A stretch of 64,000 nucleotides of DNA from Macrostomum lignano (GCA_002269645.1 NIVC01001134.1:62001-126000), one strand, 5' to 3'. Shown: positions 11,899-24,334, numbered from the stretch's first letter. The notes: generated by a model not told the origin, from the sequence alone. Numbers and translations are program-made.

Positions 11899-13135
11899 AC
11901 AACAGAGGCAGATTGAAGCACTGAGGAAGGCGGAGAGGCTGGTTGAAGCACTGAGGGAGGTGGAGAGGCAGGTTGAAGCACTGAGGGAGGCGGAGAGGCA
12001 GGTTGAAGCACTGAGGGAGGCGAGAGGCAGATTGAAGCACTGAGGGAGGCGGAGAGGCAGATTGAAGCACTGAGGAAGGCGGAGAGGCAGGTTGAAGCAC
12101 TGAGGGAGGCGGAGAGGCAGGTTGAAGCACTGAGGGAGGCGAGAGGCAGATTGAAGCACTGAGGGAGGCGGAGAGGCAGATTGAAGCACTGAGGAAGGCG
12201 GAGAGGCTGGTTGAAGCACTGAGGGAGGTGGAGAGGCAGGTTGAAGCACTGAAGGAGGCGGAGAGGCAGATTGAAGCACTGAGAGAGGGTGGAGAGGCAG
12301 ATTGAAGCACTGAGAGAGGGTGGAGAGGCAGATTGAAGCACTGAGGGAGGGTGGAGAGGCAGATTGAAGCACTGAGGGAGGGTGGAGAGGCAGATTGAAG
12401 CACTGAGAGAGGGTGGAGAGGCAGATTTAAGCACTGAGGGAGGCGGAGAGGCAGGTTGAAGCACTGAGAGAGGGTGGAGAGGCAGATTATAGCACTGAGG
12501 GAGGGTGGAGAGGCAGATTGAAGCACTGAGAGAGGGTGGAGAGGCAGATTGAAGCACTGAGAGAGGGTGGAGAGGCAGATTGAAGCACTGAGGGAGGCGG
12601 AGAGGCAGATTGAAGCACTGAGGGAGGGTGGAGAGGCAGGTTGAAGCACTGAGGGAGGCGGAGAGGCAGGTTGAAGCACTGAGAGAGGGTGGAGAGGCAG
12701 ATTATAGCACTGAGGGAGGGTGGAGAGGCAGATTATAGCACTGAGGGAGGGTGGAGAGGCAGATTATAGCACTGAGGGAGGGTGGAGAGGCAGATTGAAG
12801 CACTGAGGGAGGGTGGAGAGGCAGATTGAAGCACTGAGGGAGGGTGGAGAGGCAGATTGAAGCACTGAGGGAGGGTGGAGAGGCAGGTTGAAGCACTGAG
12901 GGAGGCGGAGAGGCAGGTTGAAGCACTGAGAGAGGGTGGAGAGGCAGATTATAGCACTGAGGGAGGGTGGAGAGGCAGATTATAGCACTGAGGGAGGGTG
13001 GAGAGGCAGATTATAGCACTGAGGGAGGGTGGAGAGGCAGATTATAGCACTGAGGGAGGGTGGAGAGGCAGATTGAAGCACTGAGGGAGGGTGGAGAGGC
13101 AGATTGAAGCACTGAAGGAGGGCGGAGAGGCAGAT
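11899..13135. repeat. 29-31-bp purine-rich minisatellite filling CAT intron 2
   Basis: About 40 copies of gagaggcagattgaagcactgagggaggcg; source of the overlapping ORFs at 11792-13208. Confidence 0.95.
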
Positions 13136-13217
13136 TCTTACTGGCATATAGGCTGTACCATGTGGCGAATTCAAGTGAACCAATAAAAGCAGACTTAAGG
13201 ATCAACAATCAACGCAC

Positions 13218-14645
13218 CGAATATGGACCAGACCAGGAATCGAACCCAGGTGAGCCACTCCAGCCGCACGATGAGCACGGCATTGATGAAAAAGGCCATC
13301 AGCGGCGGCAGCGGCATCAGCGGCGCCTCGTAGACGCCAGGCTCCACAGTCCTTGGCTGGTAGGCGCACAGGCAGACCAGCATGAGCAGATTGACAGCTC
13401 CCACCAGCACAGTAGCCAACAGTGCCCACCAGGTAAGCAGGGGAGCCGCATAGTTAATCAGCACACCTGTGAGCAGACTGACGCCCAGGTACCCAACAAA
13501 CAGCCGTGTCAAAGTGGATCTTCTGCAAAGCCAATTTGCCAAGCCGGGACTGATGCAGCAGGCCCAGGCTCTCAGCGAGTGGTCGCCCCACCTGTGCAGC
13601 AGGTAGCGCAGGTAGAACAGGTCCACCCCGATCATCAGATAGGATAGCAACACGCCCATGGATACAAAATTAGCCAGAGTGTGGATGTTGAACACCAGAG
13701 CCAGCACGGCGGACAGCAGACCGCCGAACACCAGGCCAACCAGAGGCACCCCCAGCCTGGGCTGCACGTAGGCGAAGCAGGGGAAAATCACCCCGTCAGC
13801 TGCCAGGGCGTAGAACAGCCTGGGCATCACGTAGATTGTGGCCAGCTTGGTGGCTCCCGTAGCCAGCAGGGTGCCCCCGGCTGCCACGTAGGACAGCCAG
13901 GCGGCTCCGTGCGACTGGAAGGCCACAACAAAGGGCGAGCCGGCGTCCAGCTCGCTGTACGGGCTGAGGTAGGACAGACCCAGGCTGGAGGCGAAGTACA
14001 GCAGAGTGATGATGCCCAGCGACGTCAGCAGAGCCACCGGCAGGCTCCGGCGAGGATCTTTGCACTCCTCGGCTGCATTGGCGATGGCCTCGAAGCCGGA
14101 GAAGGCGAAGATGGCGACGGTGGCGCCGTTGATGACGCCCGACACGCCGAAGGGGAAGAAGCCGCCGTGCTCCGCGGACCAGTTGTCGGGGGAGCCGAGG
14201 ACGTAGCAGGCGCCGGCCATGAGCGTCAGGCAGACGCACTGGACGGCGCTGAGCACCATGTTGACGCTCATGGAGATGGCGGCCCCAGTCAGGGTCAGCA
14301 GCATCAGCGCGATGATCAGGCTGAATCCCACGAGGTCAATGTTGGGATCGAGATAGTCCGACTCCGGCAGGCTGCCAAAATGTGTCCGCGTGGCGTTGCT
14401 GATCGCCTGATGGCTGATGGCGTCCACGGTGCTGCTGAAGGCCTTCGCCACCGAGGCCATCCCGATGACCAAATCGGAGATCATCGTCCAGCCAACGAGG
14501 AAGGCCGGCAGCTCGCCAAGCGTGATGTACGTGAAGGTGTAGCAGCTGCCGGCTCGGGGGATCAGGGTGGAAAATTCCACGTAGCAGAGGCCGGTGAACA
14601 CGCTGAGCAGGGCGCAGAGCAGGAAGCTCAGAGAGGCTGCCGGGC
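13218..14645 (-). CDS. Cationic amino-acid transporter (SLC7A/CAT family), exon 2 of 3
   Basis: APC-fold motifs GLCYVEF..PRAGSCY, FFPFGVSGVINGA, FAFSGFE..ANAAEE.K.P and MPRLFYALAADG; acceptor cccggcag|, donor G|GTGCGT. Confidence 0.97.
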
Positions 14646-14669
14646 CTGCCGGGTGCAGAGGGGGGTGAC

Positions 14670-14900
14670 AACTGCATTGCATTGTTGCCATGACAACTAA
14701 CTATATTGCATTGTTGCCATGACAACTAACTGTATTGCATTGTTGCCATGACAACTAACTGTATTGCATTGTTGCCATGACATCTATCTGTATTGCATTG
14801 TTGCCATGACAACTGCATTGCATTGTTGCTATGACAACTGAATTGCATTGTTGTCATAACAATTGCACTGTATTGTTGCCATGACAACTGCACTGCATTG
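14670..14900. repeat. ~29-bp degenerate repeat carrying GTTGCCATGACAAC (X-box-like) copies
   Basis: Five exact copies at 14684, 14713, 14742, 14800 and 14875, plus variants. Confidence 0.9.
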
Positions 14901-15380
14901 TTGATTAAAATTTAAAACTGCATTCGAGAAAGGTTTCTCAAAAATTCGTGAAGCTGATGGTGGCTTTTCTTACGGTTTTCCCTCATTTTGTTCAATATTT
15001 GTGGATTCCCTCATTTGGGTTATTAAATTACTTGATCTCTTTCATCTGATCGCTTTTGCTGGTTTCAAAAAGCAGAAGAATGGATCATAAAACACAGTTT
15101 TATTCTGTGAGCGCCAATTTTGATGCACTTTTTCACCGGAAGCTGCATGCAGCGGGTTAGCAGTCATGCACCAACCAGCAATTAGGAGCAAAGGATCGAT
15201 TAAAGCTCCTCCTCACTGACTGATGAGCAGCTGAGTGCTGAGTTCCACAAAATCTGTATGAGGGCGCAGTATCGATCCCCGAGCTAGCATTTAGATCGAT
15301 GGCAACTATTTTTCCTGCCCACGAGCTGCTATGTGAGTTTGCAGCTTCTGTGCTGAATTTGGGGCCGAATTGAACTGCTG

Positions 15381-15657
<277 letters not shown>

Positions 15658-15661
15658 TCAC

Positions 15662-15893
15662 CAGCCTTAGTCTTGATGACGGTGCCCGCCAGCACGTAGA
15701 TGCCGGCGCCGGCCATGTGGGCGATGCCATAGAAGATCAGCTGATAGGCTGTCAGGCACCGTTTCAACGGAGTCTCAAGCGATCGGGCTTCTGTCAGACT
15801 TTTCTGACGGAGCAGTTTTCCCAGAAACGTGCCGCCACCTGAGCAGCAACTTGACAAAATCGAGTTTCGACGCCGATTAGCGGCTCCTGTCAT
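15662..15893 (-). CDS. Cationic amino-acid transporter (SLC7A/CAT family), exon 1 of 3
   Basis: MTGAANRRR...[28 protein letters not shown] (TM1 motif); donor G|GTGAGT. The three exons total 1914 nt = 637 aa + stop. Confidence 0.92.
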
Positions 15894-16964
15894 GATATGA
15901 TGCTGCAATAATGATGGATTATCGGTACTCAGAGGTAGGAGCAGCGGCAATGCTAAGAGAGAAGGCAGGCAGCTCACAACAGTTGAATTCTCTGCCGTAC
16001 TTTGGTCAGCTATTTTAAATATCGCATCGAGTGCGGAGTGAGCGAGAAGGGGGGGTAGCGAATGGAATCGGGGGAGGAGAGAGGCGGAAAGAGAAAATGG
16101 GGTGGCGGGTGCAGTCACGCTGAGAACACTGGGGGGTGGTGAGGGGGAGACCAGAGTGGCGGAAAGGACGAAGAAGTGAGTCAATGTACGTGCAGCTGCA
16201 GCCACGCATATTTGCCGTGCAGCAGCGGGGATATCAGCTGTATACTTGCACAATGCATGAGTACACTTGCAGGTAGAGGTTAAAAACAGGCAAGCCTCTA
16301 AAATCTCTACTCTTGAAACAAATTTTCATTTGAGTTCGAATTTCAAATACAGGAAAATTGGGGATTTTGGGAAGTTTGGTCAAAATTAAAAGGAATAAAA
16401 CAAGTACATGCAGTTGATGAAACCTCTGTCATATTCGGGTCATTCAGTTGGGGCTGGGCCTCCGCTACCTTGATCTTGTCCCAGTGTTGCTAGGGGCGCC
16501 ACTTTGGTTGCTAGGGAGGCGCTGCTAGGGTGGCGCCTGCACTTTGGTTGCTGGGGGTTACGAGTACAAATAAAAGTCATTTAACTTGCCAACGAAAATT
16601 TCGGTAGGAAAATGAGCACACAATGTGCGCGAATGTACAGATCGACTTTCGGAGAGTGAGCTGATTCGACCATAAATGTAAAACAACCTCCTGAATCTGA
16701 GCGGCATGGATGCAGCGCTCTAATTGGCATAAATCCGACAGGTGTTGGAAAAAATGAAAACCTTGACATCAGAACTGCATGCGAGTTCAGAATGTACTAT
16801 TTTGAGCCGTGGTAATTTTTGGTGTGATTATATGACAAAAACTGGGATATTATATCATATAATCTCATCGAAAGCAGGAGCATTATGTGAAACATTGAAG
16901 TGAACAAGCCAAAAGTATATTTAGCAACAAACACATATGACATAGCAGCAAAACTTAGCATACT

Positions 16965-17385
16965 CAACTTGTTTGATCTCTCGCATGCCAGCATCCAGCG
17001 CACGTCGCGTTTCAGCGAACTCGGCGTCAGTCCAGATGGAAAGAGTCCGTTTAAGTCCGTAAACAAAGTGGTGTTGGACCATGAGGATCTTTGAGGGTGC
17101 CAGGTGGAAACTTTTCTCAGTTCTCTTTACGAACTTCGAACACAAAATACTGGAGCAAATGATTCAGGTCGGATTTCGTGTGATCCTCGGTTGGCTTGGC
17201 TTTCCATAGATTGAACAACTTCATTGCCCATTTTTCTTTCGCTCTGGTAGCGGCAGGCAAACTTTCGTCAATTCTTTTTTTAGAGCAGCTTCGTCCAGGG
17301 ACTCAGCAGCAACTCGAGTTGTCGACTCAACTCCGAAAGCAGCAAAGAAAGCGTCAAAAATTGAAGTCTTCTTAGCCTTCCACAT
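16965..17385 (-). mobile_element. Decayed Crypton-like (DUF3504-type tyrosine recombinase) fragment
   Basis: Manual translation from the ATG at 17385: ...ATRAKEKWAMKLFNLW...DLNHLLQYFVFEVRKEN*EKFPPGTL/fs/...IWTDAEFAETRRALDAGMREI. This resembles the N-terminal part of Crypton/ZMYM/KCTD1 DUF3504-associated proteins. In-frame TGA at 17117-17119 and one frameshift. Confidence 0.7.
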
Positions 17386-18299
17386 TGTATTATTGATTCT
17401 AGTTCGAAGAAAAAGCGACTTTTACGTTTTGCCACCACTGACCACAGCCACTGACTGACTGCTGCTTCGTGACTGTATCTTCGTGAGAAATTTATTTTTT
17501 GTCTATGGTCGAAATCAAATGGTCTAAGCCTATATGTGTATCAATCAGATGGGATGCCCCCGGAAAATAAGCAATCGAATTTCATGCATGATAAACGCCG
17601 TTTAATTCATCAGAGTCAATGGTTAGAATGTCCTCGGCTGCAATCAATGTGATTGTACCATAGACTATGTGGCTGAGTTGTACAAGCGCATGAGCTGCAT
17701 TGATGAATACGGGCATGGGGGTGTGGGTGCGAAGCCCCCACATTTCAACCATAGACATAATAATGATTTAGTGAGAAACTATACAGGTCAACTAGAAGAG
17801 AAAGAATAAAGGAAATAATCCATTATCGGCCCGGCTTTTCGGGCCAAAATGAAATCCTCTATGGCAATAATCGAATATCAGCCCGCCCGATAGCCACGTA
17901 GTCATGGTACAATTTCAAGCTCAGGACTACCGGCCTGAGAGTGAGAGGAAAGAAGAGGGAATAGAGGAGAGAAAAGAGGAGGAAAGAGTAGATTAGAGAC
18001 GAGAGGAGAGAGAAGAGGTTGCTATAGTGCGCTAGCTACATTGGTTGCTATGAGATAGATGCTAGAAAGGAGATGAGAGATGGGATATGAGAGAAGATAA
18101 AGGAGAGAGATAAAAGAGAAGAGAGGAGACAAGAGAGGAGAGAGGGAGACGAGAGAGGAGAGAAGAGAGCTGAGAAGAGACACAAAACTTAGGCGGACGG
18201 GATTGTTTCAAAAGACCCGAATTGATATAATATTTTGTAATAAGCTAGTAGCGACAGACCAGGCAGCCACGATTCCGCTGTCTATGGCCAAAGGCCCTG

Positions 18300-18525
18300 G
18301 GTTGGGTCTGGCCAGAGGCAGGGTTGGGTCTGGCCGTCGGCAGGGTTGGGTCTGGCCAGAGGCAGGGTTGGGTTTGGCCAAAGGCAGGGTTGGGTCTGGC
18401 CAGAGGCAGGGTTGGGTCTGGCCAAAGGCAGGGTTGGGTCTGGCCGTCGGCAGGGTTGGGTCTGGCCGTCGGCAGGGTTGGGTCTGGCCAGAGGCAGGGT
18501 TGGGTCTGGCCAGAGGCAGGGTTGG
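18300..18525. repeat. 22-bp G-rich minisatellite
   Basis: Unit ggcagggttgggtctggccaga, about 10 copies. Confidence 0.95.
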
Positions 18526-18863
18526 CCCATACAATACTGTTACATGCAGTTCCGTAGCAACAGGGAGGCTGCACTGTTTTAAGCAGATTAGCATTGCGAT
18601 GCTGCTGGTGCGGAGGACCTGAGCGGGGTTGGGCGGGCGGCTGTACCGGGCTCTCCTCTCCAGACTCTCCGCTTCATCTGTTTTATGCGGAGAAGCAGAG
18701 CAGAGAGGATTTTTGCCAGGACTGGGGGGAGTGTTGAGGAAGTGGCTGGGCTGAAAAATTAAACCCATTCCAGGCAGGAACAGGGCGATGGGGAGATGGG
18801 ATGAGGGTAAAAAATCGATGTTTAGTAGGTAGAAGCAGAGGCTGCAGCTGTCTGTAGTATATA

Positions 18864-18877
18864 GTTGCCATGGCAAC
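18864..18877. promoter_or_regulatory. Perfect palindromic RFX X-box
   Basis: GTTGCCATGGCAAC, about 190 bp upstream of the ATG at 19066. Confidence 0.6.
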
Positions 18878-19065
18878 CGCTTGCCAGCCAATAAACACCA
18901 TCAGTGAAGAGAGGCTGGGATAGTGCGTGGATTATTTTGCAATTCATTCATCCGGAAGGCTCAACAGGATTAGGGACCCAGATATGATCGGCTTGTAAAG
19001 AAAAATTTAGAAAACAACCAGTGCAACTATTCTTTCTCTGTGAGTTTGATTTTGAGAAAACCGAA

Positions 19066-19108
19066 ATGGAGCTGTCAGTCACCTTTGTTCTGTTGGCTGC
19101 CTGCTTGG
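19066..19108 (+). CDS. Orphan type-I membrane protein, exon 1 (signal peptide)
   Basis: MELSVTFVLLAACL, donor G|GTAAGA (phase 1). Confidence 0.8.
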
Positions 19109-19139
19109 GTAAGAATTTTTCTGTCTTTTGTCAAAGTCT

Positions 19140-20206
19140 AGCAGGTGTCTCAAATGTGTCTGTCAGGAGTCTCAAATGTGTCTATCAGCAGTCTAACAGG
19201 TGTCTCGAATGTGTCTGACAGCAGTCTATCAGGTGTCTCAAATGTGTCTGACAGCAGTCTAACAGGTGTCTCAAATGTGTCTGACAGCAGTCTAACAGGT
19301 GTCTCAAATGTGTCTATCAGGTGTCTCAAATGTTTCTGACAGCAGTCTAACAGGTGTCTCAAGTGTGTCTGACAGCAGTCTAACAGGTGTCTCAAATGTG
19401 TCTGACAGCAGTCTAACAGGTGTCTCAAATGTGTCTATCAGGTGTCTCAAATGTTTCTGACAGCAGTCTAACAGGTGTCTCAAATGTGTCTGACAGCAGT
19501 CTAACAGGTGTCTCAAATGTGTCTATCAGGTGTCTCAAATGTTTCTGACAGCAGTCTAACAGGTGTCTCAAGTGTGTCTGACAGCAGTCTAAAAGGTGTC
19601 TCAAATGTGTCTGTCAGCAGTCTAACAGGTGTCTCAAATGTGTCTGTCAGAGGTTTAACGGGTGTCTCAAATGTGTCTGTCAGCAGTCTAACAGGTGTCT
19701 CAAGTGTGTCTGACAGCAGTTTAACAGGTGTCTCAAGTGCGTCTGTCAGCAGTCTAACATGTGTCTCAAATGTGTCTGACAGCAGTCTAACAGGTGTCTC
19801 AAATGTGTCTGTCAGGTGTCTCAAATGTGTCTGTCAGGAGTCTAACAGGTGTCTCAAGTGTGTCTGACAGCAGTCTAACAGGTGTCTCAAATGTGTCTGT
19901 CAGGTGTCTCAAATGTGTCTGACAGCAGTCTAACAGGTGTCTCAAATGTGTCTGACAGCAGTCTAACAGGTGTCTCAAATGTGTCTGTCTCATGTCTCAA
20001 ATGTTTCTGACAGCAGTCTAACAGGTGTCTCAAATGTGTCTGACAGCAGTCTAACATGTGTCTCAAATGTGTCTGTCAGGTATCTCAAATGTGTCTGTCA
20101 GCAGTCTAACAGGTGTCTTAAGTGTGTCTGTCAGCAGTCTAACAGGTGTCTCAAATGTGTCTGACAGCAGTCTAACAGGTGTCTCAAGTGTGTCTGTCAG
20201 CAGTCT
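19140..20206. repeat. 33-bp minisatellite filling intron 1
   Basis: Unit caggtgtctcaaatgtgtctgacagcagtctaa with 22-bp deletion variants. Confidence 0.95.
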
Positions 20207-20249
20207 ATGGGAGATATGCTTGCCCAACCCAACTTTTCGAATTCTCAAG

Positions 20250-20467
20250 CCTCGAGTGCTCAAGCTAACTCGGACTGCCCAGCTCAGTCAACCTGCGACT
20301 CAACCGGAACCTCCTGTTTCGGCTACGGCGAGCTGTCAATCACCTGCGACAATGGGACTCGGATCGGGCACGGCAACTGCTACTCGAGCGAGCTCTGCCC
20401 CACCGTGGCTGCCGAGCAGACCAACGATCTGATCAGCTTCTCCGTGGACAACATCAACCCTAAGCAG
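20250..20467 (+). CDS. Orphan type-I membrane protein, exon 2 (Cys-rich)
   Basis: Phase-1 acceptor cttttcgaattctcaag| gives ...ACL-A-SSAQA^NSDCPAQSTCDSTGTSCFGYG..., completing the signal peptide; donor CAG|GTGGGT. Confidence 0.8.
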
Positions 20468-20479
20468 GTGGGTGCATAG

Positions 20480-21060
20480 CGCGACCCCAATTAGCGCCAT
20501 CCCAATTAGCGCCACCCAATTAGCGCCATCCTAATTAGCGCCATCCCAATTAGCGCCACCCAATTAGCGCCATCCTAATTAGCGCCACCCAATTAGCGTC
20601 ATCCTATTTAGCGCCACCCAATTAGCGTCATCCTAATTAGCGCCACCCAATTAGCGCCATCCCAATTAGCGCCATCCCAATTATCGCCACCCAATTAGCG
20701 CCACCCAATTAGCGCCATCCTAATTAGCGCCATCCCAATTAGCGCCACCCAATTAGCGCCATCCTAATTAGCGCCACCCAATTAGCGTCATCCTAATTAG
20801 CGCCACCCAATTAGCGTCATCCTAATTAGCGCCACCCAATTAGCGCCATCCCAATTAGCGCCACTCCAATTAGCGCCATCCCAATTAGCGCCACTCCAAT
20901 TAGCGCCATCCTAATTAGCGCCACCCCAATTAGCGCCACTGAAAAATAGCGCCACCTCAACTAGCTCCATTCCAAATAGCGCCACCCCAAAGAGTGCCAT
21001 TCCAAATAGCGCCATCCTAAATAGCGCCATTCCAATTAGCGCCGCCCCAATTAGCGCAAC
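20480..21060. repeat. 14-15-bp minisatellite filling intron 2
   Basis: Unit ccaattagcgccatc / ccaattagcgccac. Confidence 0.95.
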
Positions 21061-21154
21061 CACTAAGACTGCCAGCCTGAAAAAAAGGTTTTAACCGAAT
21101 TTCTTCGAGTTTCAGTAAAGTTCGAAACCCCCAAAAATCCACCCCGTCCCCCAG

Positions 21155-21261
21155 TGCCACGCGTACTCCGCCCAGATCAGGGAGACAATCCGCTCCGCCT
21201 ACAACGGCTGGTGCTGTCAGGGTGAAAACTACCTGAAGTGCTGTCCCGGATCCACTGGCTG
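21155..21261 (+). CDS. Orphan type-I membrane protein, exon 3
   Basis: Acceptor gtcccccag| (alternative in-frame acceptor at 21175); CHAYSAQIRETIRSAYNGWCCQGENYLKCCPGSTG; donor TG|GTGAGC. Confidence 0.8.
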
Positions 21262-21271
21262 GTGAGCCTCG

Positions 21272-23255
21272 AGTCTAACAGATTCCTACAGTGTCTAACA
21301 GGTTCCTACAGTGTCTAACAGATTCTTACAGTGTCTAACAGATTCTTACAGTGTCTAACAGATTCCTTCAGTATCTAACAGATTCATACAGTGTCTAACA
21401 GATTCCTTCAGTGTCTAACAGATTCTTACAGTGTCTAACAGATTCTTACAGTGTCTAACAGATTCTTACAGTGTCTAACAGATTCTTACAGTGTCTAACA
21501 GATTCTTACAGTATCTAACAGATTCCTAAAGTGTCTAACAGATTCCTACAGTATCTAACAGATTCTTACAGTGTCTAACAGATTCCTACAGTGTCTAACA
21601 GATTCTCACAGTGTCTAACAGATTCCTACAGTGTCTAACAGATTCTTACAGTGTCTAACAGATTCCTACAGTATCTAACAGATTCCTACAGTGTCTAACA
21701 GAATCTTACAGTGTCTAACAGATTCTTACAGCGTCTAACAGATTCCTACAGTATCTAACAGATTCCTAAAGTGTCTAACAGATTCTCACAGTAGCTAACA
21801 GATTCCTACAGTATCTAACAGATTCCTACAGTGTCTAACAGATTCTCACAGTATCCAACAGATTCTTACAGTATCTAACAGATTCTTACGGTATCTAACA
21901 GATTCTTACAGTATCCAACAGATTCTTACGGTATCTAACAGATTCTTACAGTGTCTAACAGATTCTTACAGTGTCTAACAGATTCCTTCAGTATCTAACA
22001 GATTCATACAGTGTCTAACAGATTCCTTCAGTGTCTAACAGATTCTTACAGTGTCTAACAGATTCTTACAGTGTCTAACAGATTCTTACAGTGTCTAACA
22101 GATTCTTACAGTGTCTAACAGATTCTTACAGTGTCTAACAGATTCTTACAGTGTCTAACAGATTCTTACAGTATCTAACAGATTCCTAAAGTGTCTAACA
22201 GATTCCTACAGTATCTAACAGATTCTTACAGTGTCTAACAGATTCCTACAGTGTCTAACAGATTCTCACAGTGTCTAACAGATTCCTACAGTGTCTAACA
22301 GATTCTTACAGTGTCTAACAGATTCCTAAAGTGTCTAACAGATTCCTACAGTGTCTAACAGAATCTTACAGTATCTAACAGATTCTTACAGCGTCTAACA
22401 GATTCCTACAGTATCTAACAGATTCCTAAAGTGTCTAACAGATTCTCACAGTAGCTAACAGATTCCTACAGTATCTAACAGATTCCTACAGTGTCTAACA
22501 GATTCTCACAGTATCCAACAGATTCTTACAGTATCTAACAGATTCTTACGGTATCTAACAGATTCTTACAGTATCCAACAGATTCTTACGGTATCTAACA
22601 GATTCTTACAGTGTCTAACAGATTCTTACGGTATCTAACAGATTCTTACAGTGTCAAACAGATTCTTACAGTGGCTAACAGATTCCTACAGTATCTAACA
22701 GATTCTTACAGTGTCTAACAGATTCCTACAGTGTCTAACAGATTCCTACAGTATCTAACAGATTCTTACAGTGTCTAACAGATTCCTACAGTGTCTAACA
22801 GATTCTTACAGTGTCAAACAGATTCTTACAGTGTCAAACAGATTCTTACAGTGGCTAACAGATTCCTACAGTATCTAACAGATTCTTACAGTGTCTAACA
22901 GATTCCTACAGTGTCTAACAGATTCCTACAGTATCTAACAGATTCTTACAGTGTCTAACAGATTCCTACAGTGTCTAACAGATTCTTACAGTGTCAAACA
23001 GATTCTTACAGTGTCTAACAGATTCTTACAGTGTCTAACAGATTCTTACAGTGTCTAACAGATTCTTACGGTATCTAACAGATTCTTACAGTGTCTAACA
23101 GATTCTTACAGTATCTAACAGATCTCTTACAGTGTCTAACAGATTCCTACAGTGTCTAACAGTTTCTGACAGTGTCTAACAGATTCTTACAGTATCTAAC
23201 ATATTTCTACAGTGTCTAACAGATTCTTACAGTGTCTAACAGATTCCTACAGTCT
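21272..23255. repeat. 20-bp minisatellite (~99 copies) filling intron 3
   Basis: Unit tgtctaacagattcttacag. Confidence 0.99.
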
Positions 23256-23320
23256 CTAAAAAATCCCTAGCATCCTGTCTCGCAACTCCACTGAGTTCAC
23301 CTGAGATTCCCGTCTCCCAG

Positions 23321-23761
23321 GCCGGCAGGAGTTGCCAAGACCAGCTCCAACTGTGCAGCGATGAGCAGCCCTGCCGATGTCACCTACTTTGGCGCGTCGG
23401 GCAGCTCCAGCCAGACTCGCTTCCTCATCAAACTGAATCCCAGGGGAGAATCCACGCTTTGCCAGCTCCTGGTTTATGCGACTACCACTGCGGCTCCTGC
23501 GACTGCCGCTTCTACCGCCACTTCTACCGCTGCTTCTACCGCCACTTCTACCGACGCTTCTACCGCCGCTTCTACCGCCGCTTCTACCGACGCTTCTACC
23601 GACGCTTCTACCGACGCTTCTACCGACGCTTCTACCGACGCTTCTACCGACGCTTCTACCGCTGCCTCTGCTCGACGCAGGAAGCGTTCCGCTCCAGTGG
23701 GCACTTTCAGCCTGTCTGTGCAAACTGTGCAGCAACTGATTGGGTCTACAGACTTTTCCAG
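23321..23761 (+). CDS. Orphan type-I membrane protein, exon 4 (Thr/Ala/Ser repeat and RRRKR site)
   Basis: Phase-2 acceptor cgtctcccag|G; ...TAASTDASTDAST...ARRRKRSAP...; donor AG|GTTAGT. Confidence 0.85.
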
Positions 23762-23769
23762 GTTAGTTT

Positions 23770-24095
23770 CTAGTCTATATACCCCATGTGTCTTTGTCCA
23801 TGAGTCTATATACCTCATGTGTCTTTGTCCATGAGTCTATATACCTCATGTGTCTTTGTCCATGAGTCTATATACCTCATGTGTCTTTGTCCATGAGTCT
23901 ATATACCTCATGTGTCTTTGTCCATGAGTCTATATACCTCATGTGTCTTTGTCCATGAGTCTATATACCTCATGTGTCTTTGTCCATGAGTCTATATACC
24001 TCATGTGTCTTTGTCCATGAGTCTATATACCTCATGTGTCTTTATCCATGAGTCTGTATACCTCATGTGTCTTTATCCATGAGTCTGTATACCCT
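23770..24095. repeat. 31-bp minisatellite in intron 4
   Basis: Unit ccatgagtctatatacctcatgtgtctttgt. Confidence 0.95.
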
Positions 24096-24139
24096 TACCC
24101 AGCACTTTTACCTCACCATAAAACATTTTCCTGTGTCAG

Positions 24140-24334
24140 CTTGGTCGTCGCAACCATCAGAACGGCTTCAAACAACACTCTGACAGTCTCGGTGTCTGTC
24201 AGCCAGATTGTCGCTCCGGCGTCGACTCTATCGCCGGATCCTCGGTCGGACAGCTGGCTGATCGCCACCGGAACTCTCTGCGGCCTCATCGGCGTCGTCC
24301 TGCTGCTCTACTTGGTCGCCTGCGCTGTTCACAG
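24140..24334 (+). CDS. Orphan type-I membrane protein, exon 5 (transmembrane helix)
   Basis: Acceptor ttcctgtgtcag|C; ...WLIATGTLCGLIGVVLLLYLVACAVHR; donor AG|GTTCGG. Confidence 0.85.

Noticed and set aside
21272-23255. Possible CRISPR-like array
   Set aside because: Contiguous tandem units with no unique spacers, in a eukaryotic intron, with no cas genes.
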